DNA of 63,911 nucleotides, the filler included, from Basidiobolus ranarum (Eukaryota), in assembly GCA_040143965.1 (NCBI GenBank). It is 9 parts of 9 records of this genome, joined end to end, with 100 filler letters (N's around TTAATTAATTAA, not from the genome) between each part and the next. Parts side by side here need not be neighbours in the genome. Positions count along the whole stretch, not along the records: positions 35,637 to 42,638 come from JASJQH010001194.1; positions 42,739 to 49,735 come from JASJQH010001195.1; 7 more parts are not named here. One strand, written 5' to 3'. Shown piece after piece: positions 36,392 to 48,236 of this stretch. The position numbers were made by a program, and so were the translations under genes. The number at the start of each line of letters is the position of its first letter. Within the stretch, counting starts at the first letter, position 1. The notes below the pieces were generated by a model. That model was not told the DNA's origin, searched no databases, and was given only the letters and a program-made list of their open reading frames with translations.

Positions 36392-37525
36392 ATGAATGCT
36401 ACCTGGGAAAGTTTATTGAAGCAGAAACCAATTATGCAAACCCTGGCGAAGACATTTATGGCAACTGGTAGTGCTAAGCAAGCCTATTTCATGTTAGCAG
36501 CCTGCCTGGTTGAGACCAACAAGCTGTATAATATTGAGCTGCTAAGTATTCAGAATGGATTATTTGAGGTTTGGTTTTCTGATGAGCACAAGCTTAGTTA
36601 TGATCTTGCTACCATGACTCCAACTGCCGAAAATCATGGAGATAGTTCTATTGATATTTCTAATTTATTAGAATTAACTTTGGAGAACTGGTTCATTGAG
36701 GATATTACCGACTACTCTGAAGCTGTTTGTGATTCCAAAGAATTAGCACTAAATGAGCCATATGGTATTGCTTCTAATATCAAATCCACTTCAACCAAAA
36801 AGGATCAAAAGAGAAAGAAAGTCTTATCACAATATGAATCTACCCAAGCAAGTTCCAGCATTCCACCAACACCGGAGCAAGATGATGCCAGATTCCTAGC
36901 GTTAATAGAAAAGTTTCATATGTTGATGAATCAGCATACTGCTGATCCTAGACCAATCATAACCTTGGAAAATTTTCAATCCAGGGTGGTAAAATTGAGA
37001 AATCCATCCAATCCTGATATGCCAAGTGCTATAGCTTTGATAAAGTGCTATTCTGCCGTTAAGAACTTTGACTTGCTCAAAAAGGATTCTGCTATTCTGT
37101 CAAATTTGGAAGCATACAAGTTAGTTTTGCTCTATATAGAATCATGCAAGGAAATACTGGTAGCAAATCATGGATGGGCCAATTTTACCAGCATTGGAAG
37201 AACAAGAGAGCTACGTAGATTACTGAAAGAGAAACTATCTCAGCTGGATCCTGATTTTAAATATATCCCATTTAAGGCGGATCTGGATAAATCTAAACCT
37301 TTATTCTTTATTGCCAATTATTTAGGTTTGTATATTTTACAATATCCGGAATTATTCACTGCAAGTAAGATCATGAAACATGGTAAAATACTTTGGACAC
37401 TATTTTCCATCTACTTGCAAAAGAAACCAGCTTATCGCCAAAGCTTTACACTACCAGAGACGTATGATGCTTATAATGATCTTACCATTGAACAGCTATT
37501 CATAATTGATAGCTACTACATTTAA
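36392..37525 (+). CDS. Hypothetical 377-aa intronless protein, no recognised domain
   Basis: Long uninterrupted ATG-initiated ORF in AT-rich DNA; TATATAAA about 75 bp upstream; retains CpGs unlike the adjacent TE relic. Confidence 0.6.
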   Translation: MNATWESLLKQKPIMQTLAKTFMATGSAKQAYFMLAACLVETNKLYNIELLSIQNGLFEVWFSDEHKLSYDLATMTPTAENHGDSSIDISNLLELTLENWFIEDITDYSEAVCDSKELALNEPYGIASNIKSTSTKKDQKRKKVLSQYESTQASSSIPPTPEQDDARFLALIEKFHMLMNQHTADPRPIITLENFQSRVVKLRNPSNPDMPSAIALIKCYSAVKNFDLLKKDSAILSNLEAYKLVLLYIESCKEILVANHGWANFTSIGRTRELRRLLKEKLSQLDPDFKYIPFKADLDKSKPLFFIANYLGLYILQYPELFTASKIMKHGKILWTLFSIYLQKKPAYRQSFTLPETYDAYNDLTIEQLFIIDSYYI

Positions 37526-38396
37526 TATTTCTACGAGCTGAAGCAATGGTCGATTTGATGGAGATGTGTTCCTATAATAGATATAGATACTTATCTATAT
37601 TCTTATGATTGTTGTGTAACCAAACCACAAGATAGAAATAAAACTTTCCCATTAGTTTGGTATGATTCAGTTTTGCATTACGGTACTGACTTGCTTTTAT
37701 CATAGTATCATATATGTAGATGTGACACAACTCATAGGAGAGGTTTTGGAATCCAGCGAAAGATGCAGAAGAGGACAACAAGGGCTGATGAATCCAAGAT
37801 TACCTTAGGATATTTATAGCCACTCAGATTGGTGTAATACAGCATACCAACTTGATATTTCAGTTTTTATTTGTCCACACACTTGCTGTTATGTATATTA
37901 CATGCTCAGTCTATTGTAGTTGACATATATATATAGTAGTCTACTCTCCAATTCAAATCAGTTTAATCCAGTTCAGAAGATTCGGAATAGTTTTTATACT
38001 ACTATTATTGCGCTTGAGCTGAATTTTCTTGCTTCAATGACTCCATGGTGATAACTAACGCAGCTACTTGTACTTGATTTGATCACCGACAATATTTATG
38101 CTATTTATATATATATAGAGATAATAGAGCTAATTAGGGCTAGTCTTAGGTCAAACCTTATTTTGGTTTGCTACAGTTTTATTGGGTGATGGCCATTACC
38201 TCAATCAAACCATCAATGATGAATCAGTGTTCAGGGCAAATGAGAAACAAATGCCGACTCTAAATGCTTATACATTTCACGAATCCACTTAATGATAACT
38301 AATCTCTACAGCTATTGATAACCACCACTTAACAACAACCACCACATGTATAATATATCCAATTGCTTCCATCTAATCAGATTTAACATAACCAGA

Positions 38397-38457
38397 ATAT
38401 AGTACATAGTCTATAGAGTAAGGTAGATATAGTACATAGTCCATAAAGTAAGGTAGA
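38397..38457. repeat. 30-bp tandem duplication
   Basis: ATATAGTACATAGTC(T/C)ATA(G/A)AGTAAGGTAG occurs twice. Confidence 0.85.
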
Positions 38458-38824
38458 ATTCACTCTAAATAGTATCAATCCATGTTATAAGCAAAGCCTA
38501 AGAGAAACCAAAGTAAACACCGCCCTAGATACAACCTGACCAATATTCAGTCGTAAAGATACCCTAATTATCACAGAGATGAAATGCAACCAGCGTAATC
38601 AACAGATTACAACAAAGAATAAACCTCTTCTGTTGAGCAGTCAGCAAGCATAGAGGCTCAAGCAAGTATTTGCCACCGTTACCAGATACTAGAAAGAATG
38701 ATAACTTGAATGTTGTGAATATCAATGACAATTCTGACCTCAAGTATCAGCCCGGACCTAGCTTTGTGGTTGAAGGTAGTGGCGTAAAATCTGACCAGGG
38801 AGAAGTTTTCAATTCTGGGTCAAG

Positions 38825-39530
38825 CAGTGATAGCAGTATTATACCAGGAGTGTATGAAATGCCACAAGATACCGAGGGCAAGATGGAAATGGCTCCAACA
38901 CCACCTGCAGATGATTTTAGCTCTGAAGACACTTTGCTACCTCAAGCATCCAATTCAGAGTTCAATAATGAGAGTAACAATGCATAAGAAATAACTGATA
39001 CAGGTTCAGCAGATGCTCTACCCTTCTATCTACCTTCACAGTTAGCAAATATTCTTGGCAATAATAAACTATATAATGGTTAACAACAGTATTGACTTCG
39101 TCTAAACAATGATTAGGCAGATGTATTTTGAAAAATCATAATCTTACAGGATAAGTGCTAGTCTTCTTCTATTTGTCTCATATATGTACTAAAATGACAC
39201 TTGTCTAATCCAAGTGCGATAACACAGGACACCAATCAGATAATGTAACTGAGCATTCAATAAATGCTTCAATGAATAATTATAATTGAATATTTCTTTT
39301 ATTTACAACTACAAAGCTTGATCGACTGTCAGAACTCTCACATAAGCGTATTTGTACGATGAAATCCCATACTATCAAACATCAAGTAAATCCACCGTAC
39401 ATATATATCTATTAATGTGCTTCAAAATGACAATGAAGATAGTCTCTACGTGAAGTTGTACCATTCCTGTGTGCATAATTTGAGTAATATACTTGAATGA
39501 ACGTAGCACGAGTTATTTTAATATTAACTT
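38825..39530 (+). repeat. Segmental duplication copy A (paralog at ~41485..42490), carrying a low-complexity acidic/Pro-rich reading frame (probable pseudogene)
   Basis: CAGTGATAGCAGTATTATACCAGGAGTGTATGAAATGCCACAAGATACC and later TGACAATGAAGA(T/C)AGTCTCTACGTGA occur in both copies; ORFs 38670..38987 and 41510..41935 share YEMPQDT..KMEMAPTP.AD...FNNES.N. Confidence 0.85.
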
Positions 39531-39889
39531 TAAACTAACAACATATATCAAGCCAACGGGTCACTTTAACATTGACTATGAAATAAGTATCTACGTTACA
39601 ACATGCCATTCCTGTGCGCATACAACAAGCAACTGCTTGAAAACACGTTGGATGAGTCTTTTACATAAATCACAAGTTAGCCCTTAAGGTAACCCTAACC
39701 CTAGATTTGTGCATAAATATATTGCCTTTCTCGGTTTCCATCTACAGGTCAGCACAACGGTGTTGATGTTGGCCAACTCTTTTCAGAGTTAACATTAACA
39801 CTAGTTCTTAGTAACCCTTTTAGATACAGTTTACAAAAAGATATTTTTATTATATTCTGACACAATCACTAAGAATCTACCTATACTTA

Positions 39890-41484
39890 CATTACTTGAA
39901 CACTTCGTAGAATGTCCTTTAAGTGTTTGCCATACCGATTGCCTCTTCGCTCCATACCCTTCATCATTTGTGAGTACTCTTTAGCACTTTGTAGACTCAC
40001 CTTGAAGTATTACTATACCTGTCATTTCTTAGAAACCATACCCTTGTCATTTGTCAGTGGTCTTTAGCTCTTTGTAGACTCTCTTTTAAGTGTTTTCCAT
40101 ACCATTTGTTACTTATCGGTAGTCTTTAGCACTTCATCCAACTCTGCTTTAAGTGTTTATCATACTTGTCATTTCTTGGCCTCAATCCTCCATCATTTGT
40201 CAGTAGTCTTTACAACTTTTTAGATTCTCCTTTAAGCGCCTTCTATACCCTTTGTTGTTTGCCAGTAGTCTTAAGCACTTCGTAGACTTTCTTTAATTGA
40301 TTACCATACCCATCATTTTGAAACCTTGTCATTTGTCATTAGTCTTTACCACATCATAGACTTTAGGTATTTCCCATACCCGTCATTTCTCGGCACCATA
40401 CCCTTCGTCATTTGTCAGTAGTCCTTAGAATCTCATAAAGTCTGCTTTAAGCGCTTCCCATTCCCAACGTTTCTGGGCACCATACACTTTGTCGTTTTTC
40501 AGTGGTTTTTAGTACTTCTTAAACTCCGCTTTTAGTGTTTCCCATACCGCTTGTTTCTTGGCACCATACCCTTTGTCATTTGTCAGTAATCTCTAGCACC
40601 TCATAAACTCTGCTCTAATTGTTTCCAATACCCATCTTTTCTTGGTTACATAATCTTTGTCGTTTTTCAGTGGTCTTTAGCACTTTGTAGAATCCGCTTT
40701 TGGTGTTTCCTACACTAGTCATTTCTTGGCTGCATACACTCTGTTACTGGTCGGTAGTCTTTAGCACTTCATAAACACCCCTTAAAGCGTTTCCCATACT
40801 TGTTATTTCTTGGCACCATACTACTGGGTCATTTCATCCATTGAGCACCTGTTATCCCTGTTTCCATCTTCAAGCCAGTAACCAACTCCTGGTTTTAGTA
40901 AATTCCAAAACAAAACAGATTTGATTCTAGGCACCCTCCTCAGTAACACTTATCAGTAGTCTTCAGCACTTCACAAACTCTGTTTTAAGTGTTGCCCATA
41001 CCCGTCATTTCTTAGCCCCATACCCATCATTGGATGTTAATGGGCTTGGTACTTTGTAAACAGCAAATGATGCTACAGTCTGTAAGTTCCCCAGTTTAAG
41101 CTTTGACATTGAAGACTCGGTATGAATAACCATGTTGCCTATGCCAATCATTTCTTGGCTCCAGATCAATTATCATTTGTCAGTAGTCTTTAGCACTTCA
41201 TAGACTCTGCTTTAAGTGCTTCCCATACCCGTCGTCTAGAATAAAAAAATCGAAACTAAAGTTGCTTCAACTGTGAAAGGAAGGGGAAAAGACTGTTACT
41301 TGGGCATCAGTAGAATTGGGTCTTTACTGTCACTACCTCATATATACTCACCGAATCTTGGCATTACCTTTGATGTGTGAATACTGACGTCAATATTGAA
41401 AGTGTTGACTTTGCTTCAAATTCAACCTTGTTATTAATATAATCTTCCAACTAAGTTTGGCCCATACTCTTCATTTCTTGGCTC
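39890..41484. repeat. Degenerate tandem array with an 84-bp basic unit (about 13-15 units, some deleted to ~62 bp)
   Basis: Consensus approx. GTCATTTGTCAGTAGTCTTTAGCACTTCATAGACTCTGCTTTAAGTGTTTCCCATACCCGTCATTTCTTGGCACCATACCCTT; unit starts at 40407, 40491, 40575, 40659, 40743 are spaced exactly 84 bp apart. Confidence 0.9.
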
Positions 41485-42490
41485 CAGTGATAGCAGTATT
41501 ATACCAGGAGTGTATGAAATGCCACAAGATACCCAGGACAAGATGGAAATGGCTCCAACACCACTAGCAGATAATTCTAACTCTGAAGATGCTTTACCGC
41601 TTCAAGCATCAGATTCATGGTTCAATAACGAGAGTAGCAATGTACAGGGAATAGATGGTACAGGTTCATCGAATGCTTTACCCTTCAATCTACCTTCACC
41701 GCTAGTGAATACTCTTGCTCAGTCTTTACCTCAACAAGCGTTACCTGATCAGGTCCAAGGGAAATCAGCACATGCAGGCCATGCTTTATCTGATTCTAAT
41801 CAGTTTGATCAAGCACATACGATAGACCAAACACTATACCAGCCTTCGCAGCCCATTGAGCAGGAACAGCCTTCTTCACCAGAAGAACCTGAAGAGCCCG
41901 AATCCTCAGGCTCAAGGTGTATTAGGTGTAATTAGAAATATGATTTGTGACTTACTAATACATTTGCTCTAACCATATAACTTCCTCATATTCATTAATA
42001 TCAAGCATGAAGCAATAAACCATCTAAAGTTTTGAAGTATGAACAATTCGTTTAATTCCTTCTATAACGACCCTTGTACTTTTAAAGGAAATAAGATTAA
42101 TGCTAGTATTGCCTCAACTATTTTATGTCCGTATACAAGGGGCAGTTATCTACTCTAAGTGCGACAATATAATACACCAATCAGACAAGGCAAAAGGGCA
42201 TTCAATGAATGCTTGAATAAGTAATAAATATATAATACTTGTTTACTTTTCATCCCGATTTTATACAACAACCTAACCCTAGTCTACCACCAGTTCCCTC
42301 ACATAAGCTAAGCGGTATGTTACATTGATACAATCCCATAATTTAAAGCATCAAACAAATTTACCATCAATATATATACAGATACTCAACTTGCATTGAC
42401 AATGAAGACAGTCTCTACGTGAGTTTGTGCCATTCCTGTGAGCACCTTACGAGTAATATACTTGAGTACACGTAGCACGAGTCATTTTAT
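41485..42490 (+). repeat. Segmental duplication copy A' (5'-truncated at the array junction)
   Basis: Homology to 38825..39530 begins immediately after the last array-like fragment CCCATACTCTTCATTTCTTGGCTC. Confidence 0.82.
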
Positions 42491-42738
42491 CACCATCAGT
42501 AGTAACCATTTTATAGTTAGCTTTTAGAATTAGCATTGGATCAATCTATACGCTAATATATTGGTAGATGTTATGGTAAGTGTTGTTTAATCACCAAATC
42601 AGTGTTCTAAGTTTGATATACCTCCTATCTCAATATAANNNNNNNNNNNNNNNNNNNNNNNNNNNNNNNNNNNNNNNNNNNNTTAATTAATTAANNNNNN
42701 NNNNNNNNNNNNNNNNNNNNNNNNNNNNNNNNNNNNNN

Positions 42739-43004
42739 CAATTATTCTCAATTGGAATTTACTTAGAATATTTTTTACCAACTTAGAAGTTCTCAGATAT
42801 ATAGATTTTTCAAACTTGTGCTAGAAGCACCAAACTTTGCACACATGTTTCTGGGACCTTCCTTAACACATTCTACACGTTAGTTTGTCTACATCTTGAC
42901 AAAACTATAAATGTCAACTTTCTACTCAATAAATCAATAAGTGAAAACCACCAATTCCTCTGATTCTCCAAACCACTTCCAACAGGCTCCCAAATACTCT
43001 AGCA
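42739..43004 (+). mobile_element. Partial LTR, family A (cut by gap)
   Basis: Shares TTGGAATTTACTTAGAA...AAACTTGTGCTAGAAGC...GGGACCTTCCTT...CTTCCAACAGGCTCCCAAA with the other family-A LTRs. Confidence 0.85.
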
Positions 43005-43280
43005 CTATTAATGTATTGCTTACTTGTATTCATTACAAGGCCATTATTCACTGCTATCCTTCCAACTCCCATAGCTGAGATTGTTTGAATAGATGTTGTC
43101 ATCTGGCCAAAGAAAAACTCCTCAAGCTTATTATTATCTACATAAATTCCAAAGTTGTAAATATAGCTAGCAATAAGCATATATCATGTCAATCACCAAT
43201 GATGACATCCAAGTACTATAAAAGCAGTGCACCCCAAAAATGTATATGACTGTAATTGGTCTTTGGTGGCAATAATACAT

Positions 43281-43611
43281 TGTTGAAATTGGCGTTGCCT
43301 AAGTACCTATATAGTCATGTATAGCTTAGTATTTAGTTATTCTGTATTCAACTGAGATATCAATTGCTATTCTCAAGAGGAATTTACTTAGAAGTTCCCA
43401 AATATATAATTTTTTTCAAACTTGAGCTAGAAGCTCCAAACTTTGCACACATGTTCCTAGGACCTTCCTTGGCACATTCTACGTGTTCGTTTGCTTGCAT
43501 CTTGACCAAACTATGTATGTCAACTTTCAACTCTATAAATCAAAAAGTGACAACCATCAATTTCTCTAGTTCTGCAAACTACTTCCAACAGGCTCCCAAA
43601 ATATTTTAACA
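43281..43611 (+). mobile_element. Complete solo LTR, family A, with perfect 5-bp TSD
   Basis: TGTTGAAAT...ATTTTAACA termini; TACAT on both sides (43276-43280 and 43612-43616). Confidence 0.92.
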
Positions 43612-45124
43612 TACATTTTTTCCGATAGCAAGTCCTGGCTCAACTCCTACACTTCTTTTCAATAACATTTTTTCCTCTTATTTCTCTCAAATGGCCTATG
43701 GAAAGTCAGCTACGTGTAATGTGGGTTTGAACTGCCTTTGGCTATGTGATGATGTATGGTAACGATTGGGTTGAGTAATGAGCCAGTATCACGTGATTTA
43801 AACCAATAAATTGATTGATGGAATCGTAATTTGTAACGGAACTATATATCGATCATCAAATTGCCATATATTGACCACCCCTGTCTATAGTCAGTAATCC
43901 TTGCATCCACACTATCTTTGACTTCTATATCAGGTATTGCCATTATTTAACAATCCCTATATCCAAAAAAAAAAGATGCAAGCATCAAAACACATATCCT
44001 TCCAACCTGGAAATCTCAACAAATCTGGGCAGATAACCCTAAGGAAGTGTGTAATAAATATAAGTCATATTTAAACTTCGGCAAAGTACTCTTAAGTCAA
44101 TACGCGCAACATTCACTGAGTTGGTGAGCCATGTTTCCATCAGTCCAAACGTATGTTTCTCATATGATTACAATAGGAGATGGTTCTTTTACTGGCAGCT
44201 CACATATAGAGTACCAATTTATTACCCGAAAGCCGGTATTCATGCTTTTTGTTGAGGAAAATATATGCCGCATACTGGGGGTTTAGCTAGCCTTTTAGCC
44301 TTACCGAACACTCTGTGTTCAACGCCAAGTGCAGTGTTTATCCGAAGAGACCGATTCCTAAACTAATAAATGTTTTTTGCTTATCACTGCTAAGGCCACG
44401 GTAAAGAAAACTAAATGGGTATAGTTCTTGATACAACAAGGTGTAAACGGAATAAGCCAGCCTTATAGTGTTTCTAGAACATGGCTGGACGGCTGTATCT
44501 GATTGTCACATACATACGCAATCTTCAAGATGCACAACAACCCATCTGATCCCGAAAGTATGTACTGTTTACACTACGATATGGCAGTATTGTTGGTTCT
44601 AACCAAATGTAAAACTAGTATGAGTGTCAAAGTGTTCTGGACTCTCAACCGCGGCTACCTCTAACAATACTAATGAAAGTACTTCCATGACTCAATCGAG
44701 AATGCCCAACCCTAAGTTGAGCTTCACCTACAATAAAATTGTGATCCTCGAAAGCGGTAATTGATAACACTATAATAAAGGTGGAGGCCTTTGATAGGTT
44801 ACTGTGCCATATGAATATTTTAGCTGATCACAAACAAATTAAAAAAACCAATTCAAATATCAATCGCATTACAGCTACTATTATGGTACTTGAGGGGCTT
44901 ATGGAGATGTGGTTGGCCAATCTGGATGGTTGTGATAAAATTCTCCTCGAGTAATATTCTTTTATGATAAGAAGATTTCAATTCAATCAGTTCCCCCCTT
45001 CCAACTGGTCCAATTAGTGTCTCCAACTCAGGATTCAGAATTTCTTTTAAGTTCGCTTGGATCATAAACGCATAGTCGGCTAATTCTTTTCTTGCTCCCT
45101 TCCTTTTCCCTGACTCTCACTCCA

Positions 45125-46121
45125 ATGTGGAATCCTGAGCGTCCTTTCGGCTTCTCCCTTGAGCCATTGTTTGGCAAATTGTATACGGCGGTCACTGGTC
45201 AATCCCATACCGATTTCCGCTTCGTAGAAGGTGTAACTCCTCTTTCTACCAAGACTGAGGTTTTCGTCACACGCATTCTCTACTTGTCAATCATCTTCGG
45301 TGGTCAATATTTGTTGAAGAATAGGAAACCCTTCAAGTTAGAACTTCTCTTCAAAATCCATAATATTTTCCTTACCGTTGTGTCCCTTGGTCTGCTGATT
45401 CTTGTTTTGGAGAACATTATCCCTATATATGTTGAAGGAGGCCTTTTTAAAGCCATCTGCGGTGAAGGTGCCTGGACTCAGCGTTTGGAGCTATTGTACT
45501 ATCTTAACTACTTGGTTAAATACTATGAACTCATTGATACTTTCTTCCTTGTAATGAAGAAGAAGAAGCTTGGTATGTATTCAGTTTTATAAATTTCTAA
45601 ATTCTTCGTTACTAACGTCTGATATGGCAATAGAGTTCCTGCATTATTATCATCATAGTTTGACTATGGTTCTCTGCTTCACTCAGTTGGTCGGTCGCAC
45701 ATCGGTTGTATGTATTGCTTTGTGTTAGACTCTATCGAGTACTCCATTTATTTTCGAGCTATCATACTAAAAGACCACTTTTTACTAGTCATGGGTCCCT
45801 ATCACTTTGAACTTGGCTGTTCATGTTCTGATGTATTATTATTATTACCGTACCACCTCCGGTGCTCGTATTTGGTGGAAGAAGTATCTTACCACCATGC
45901 AGATCACCCAGTTTGTCCTTGACCTTGGTTTCGTTTACTTCTGTACTTATACTTACTTCGCTTTCAACAATTTCCCCTACATGCCTAACATGGGCACCTG
46001 CTCCGGAACTGTGGAAGCCGCTATGTTTGGCTGTGCTCTTCTCTCCTCTTACCTTGTTCTTTTCATCAGTTTCTTTAGAAAGACATATAAGAAGCCAGCT
46101 GTAAAATCAAAGAAGAACTAA
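45125..46121 (+). CDS. Fatty acid elongase (GNS1/SUR4, ELO family), 3 exons
   Basis: Exons 45125-45572, 45634-45707, 45789-46121; KYYELIDTFFLV, FLHYYHH histidine box, HVLMYYYY, TTMQITQF, C-terminal di-lysine-like KSKKN. Confidence 0.95.
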
Positions 46122-47571
46122 TTTCTGTTCGATTCGATCCCGATTTCTTGGCATTTTTCTATTTTTTGAAGCCTCAACCTTCTTTACACATACCTCTCAT
46201 ATACTCAGGGGTATTATTTCAGATGGTGGTTCTTATTCTTTAATAATTAGTAACAAGCATTGTTTGTTTCCTTCACTTTTTAGTTTTTTTTACCACTATT
46301 TCCTTGACTCATTTTTGTAGTATTTTTTTAAACTTCCAAAAATACCCAACAATTTCATAAACTGATCGTTTGCAGTCCAAATTAAGCCCAAGATTCAATT
46401 CAATTCCAATCTGGAACATTGATTATCAAAGGAAATATCTACGAACGTCGTATCTGGAACAGTGGTGACTAACACGTGGAACTACAGTTACGGATAGATG
46501 GTAATAAATTGATGTTACCTAACTAATATATTCCCAAATGGGGACCCAATCTATGCCGCTGAAAGGCTTATTTTTGATCTTGACGGATCCAGGTTTAGCT
46601 AGCACAGTATGAGGGAATATCTGTATCTCTTCAGCTGTTTCACATGTCTACCCAACCTTGGTCACCTGATGACATGTCGAGTAGTATTTTGAGTCGGTTC
46701 TACTTCCAAGATTCTCTGGGCTGCCATTGCTGTTGACCAGTTGCACAAGTGGGTTGGTGCTCTATGTTGCAAGGGTACTTATTGGCAGTGAGCGGTTGGA
46801 TTAAATTGTGATGATGAATCTCCACTATGGAGTAACTCTCCATCAGCCAATCGTAGAGTGGTGGTCACCGTTTCTATTCACTAATTGTATTGAAACTACT
46901 GAAGACTAGCAATTGAATGAAGTCGTATACTTCGGCTAGTTTTTCACACAATGAATGTATAGGCCAATTTGCAGAATCTTCACCATGTTAAATGACAATA
47001 TACGATGTTGGTAAAAGCATGGATAAATCATTTGAATAACATGCATGGTAGATAGCAGCAGATGTATGCCTCAACTTCTGATAGTTTACATATTGACTGA
47101 GAGAGAGGACCTTCAGAATGGCTGCTTGGGAGCTGAGATCAATATTGATTTTGGTTGCTATGTGAATGGTATTATTACTGTAGTATCAAACGAAGGTTCC
47201 TATTCTTGTTCCAATCCTATGAGCATATTTCTCCATTCAATTCTTGCTGGTTGCTGTGCTTTGACATGAGATAAGGGCATCATATGTCAATGTATAGTTC
47301 CAGGTGATTATTCTCATTGGACCAACTTCATGAGTGGACACTGATCCACACACATTGTCAGTTTGGAGATCTCCGGGACAATGGCCGGGAAAGAGAAAGT
47401 CCTACTGAAAATCTTCAGGTTAATATTAACTTGACTTTGGTGGAGAATCTTAAAGGTTTTCAAAAGTTAAACTATGAATTCCATTCCAAATCATAACCCC
47501 ACTATTTTCAGTAGTGATTTGAGTTGAAATATCATCAAGCATTAGCTACACAACTTCAATATGGTTGTATC

Positions 47572-47946
47572 TGTTGAAATAAGCATAGCATGAACATCTA
47601 TATAGTCATATATAGCTTAGTATTTAGTCATTACATATTGAACTAAGATATCACCTCAACAGGAATTTACTTAGAATATTGATACCAACTTAGAAGTTCT
47701 CAGATATACAGATTTTTCAAACTTGTGCTAGTAGCCCCAAACTTTTGCACACATGTTCCTGGGACCTTCCTTAACACATTCTACACGTTGGATTGTTTAC
47801 ATCTTAACACATTCTATATGTTTGCTAGTTTACCTCTTGACAAAACTATAGATGTCAACTTTCTATTCAATAAATCAACAAGTGAAAACCGCCAATTTCT
47901 CTGGTTCTCCAAACCACTTCCAACAGGCTCCCAAAATACTTCAACA
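47572..47946 (+). mobile_element. Solo LTR, family A, with an internal duplication
   Basis: TGTTGAAAT...ACTTCAACA termini; CTTAACACATTCTA duplicated internally; flanks GTATC / GAATG match only partly. Confidence 0.85.
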
Positions 47947-48236
47947 GAATGGTTGAGAGTTGCAGCTCAAAGACTCACAAATTGTGGATTTGCTTATTTT
48001 ACTGATAAAGTTAGATATCAAGTAAATAATCCATTTATACATGATCATATCATCTATTCACAAGATTTTATTACTGGATGCTGTTGGTAGAGTAGCTAAA
48101 TAGTAGTGATAGTGGAGAGAGAAAAGGAAATACTGGTTATCTACATTCATATTAAGCGATATACTAATACTTTACAGGGATACTAATGTAGATTACTGCA
48201 AAGATAAATGAGATAGGCTATAAAAATCTTGTTTCT

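Noticed and set aside
39691-39704. True telomere
   Set aside because: Only two TTAGGG-type units, internal to the contig; similar dimers occur at several other sites
39890-41484. CRISPR-like array
   Set aside because: The whole unit is repeated and degenerate, with no invariant repeat alternating with unique spacers; eukaryotic context and no cas genes
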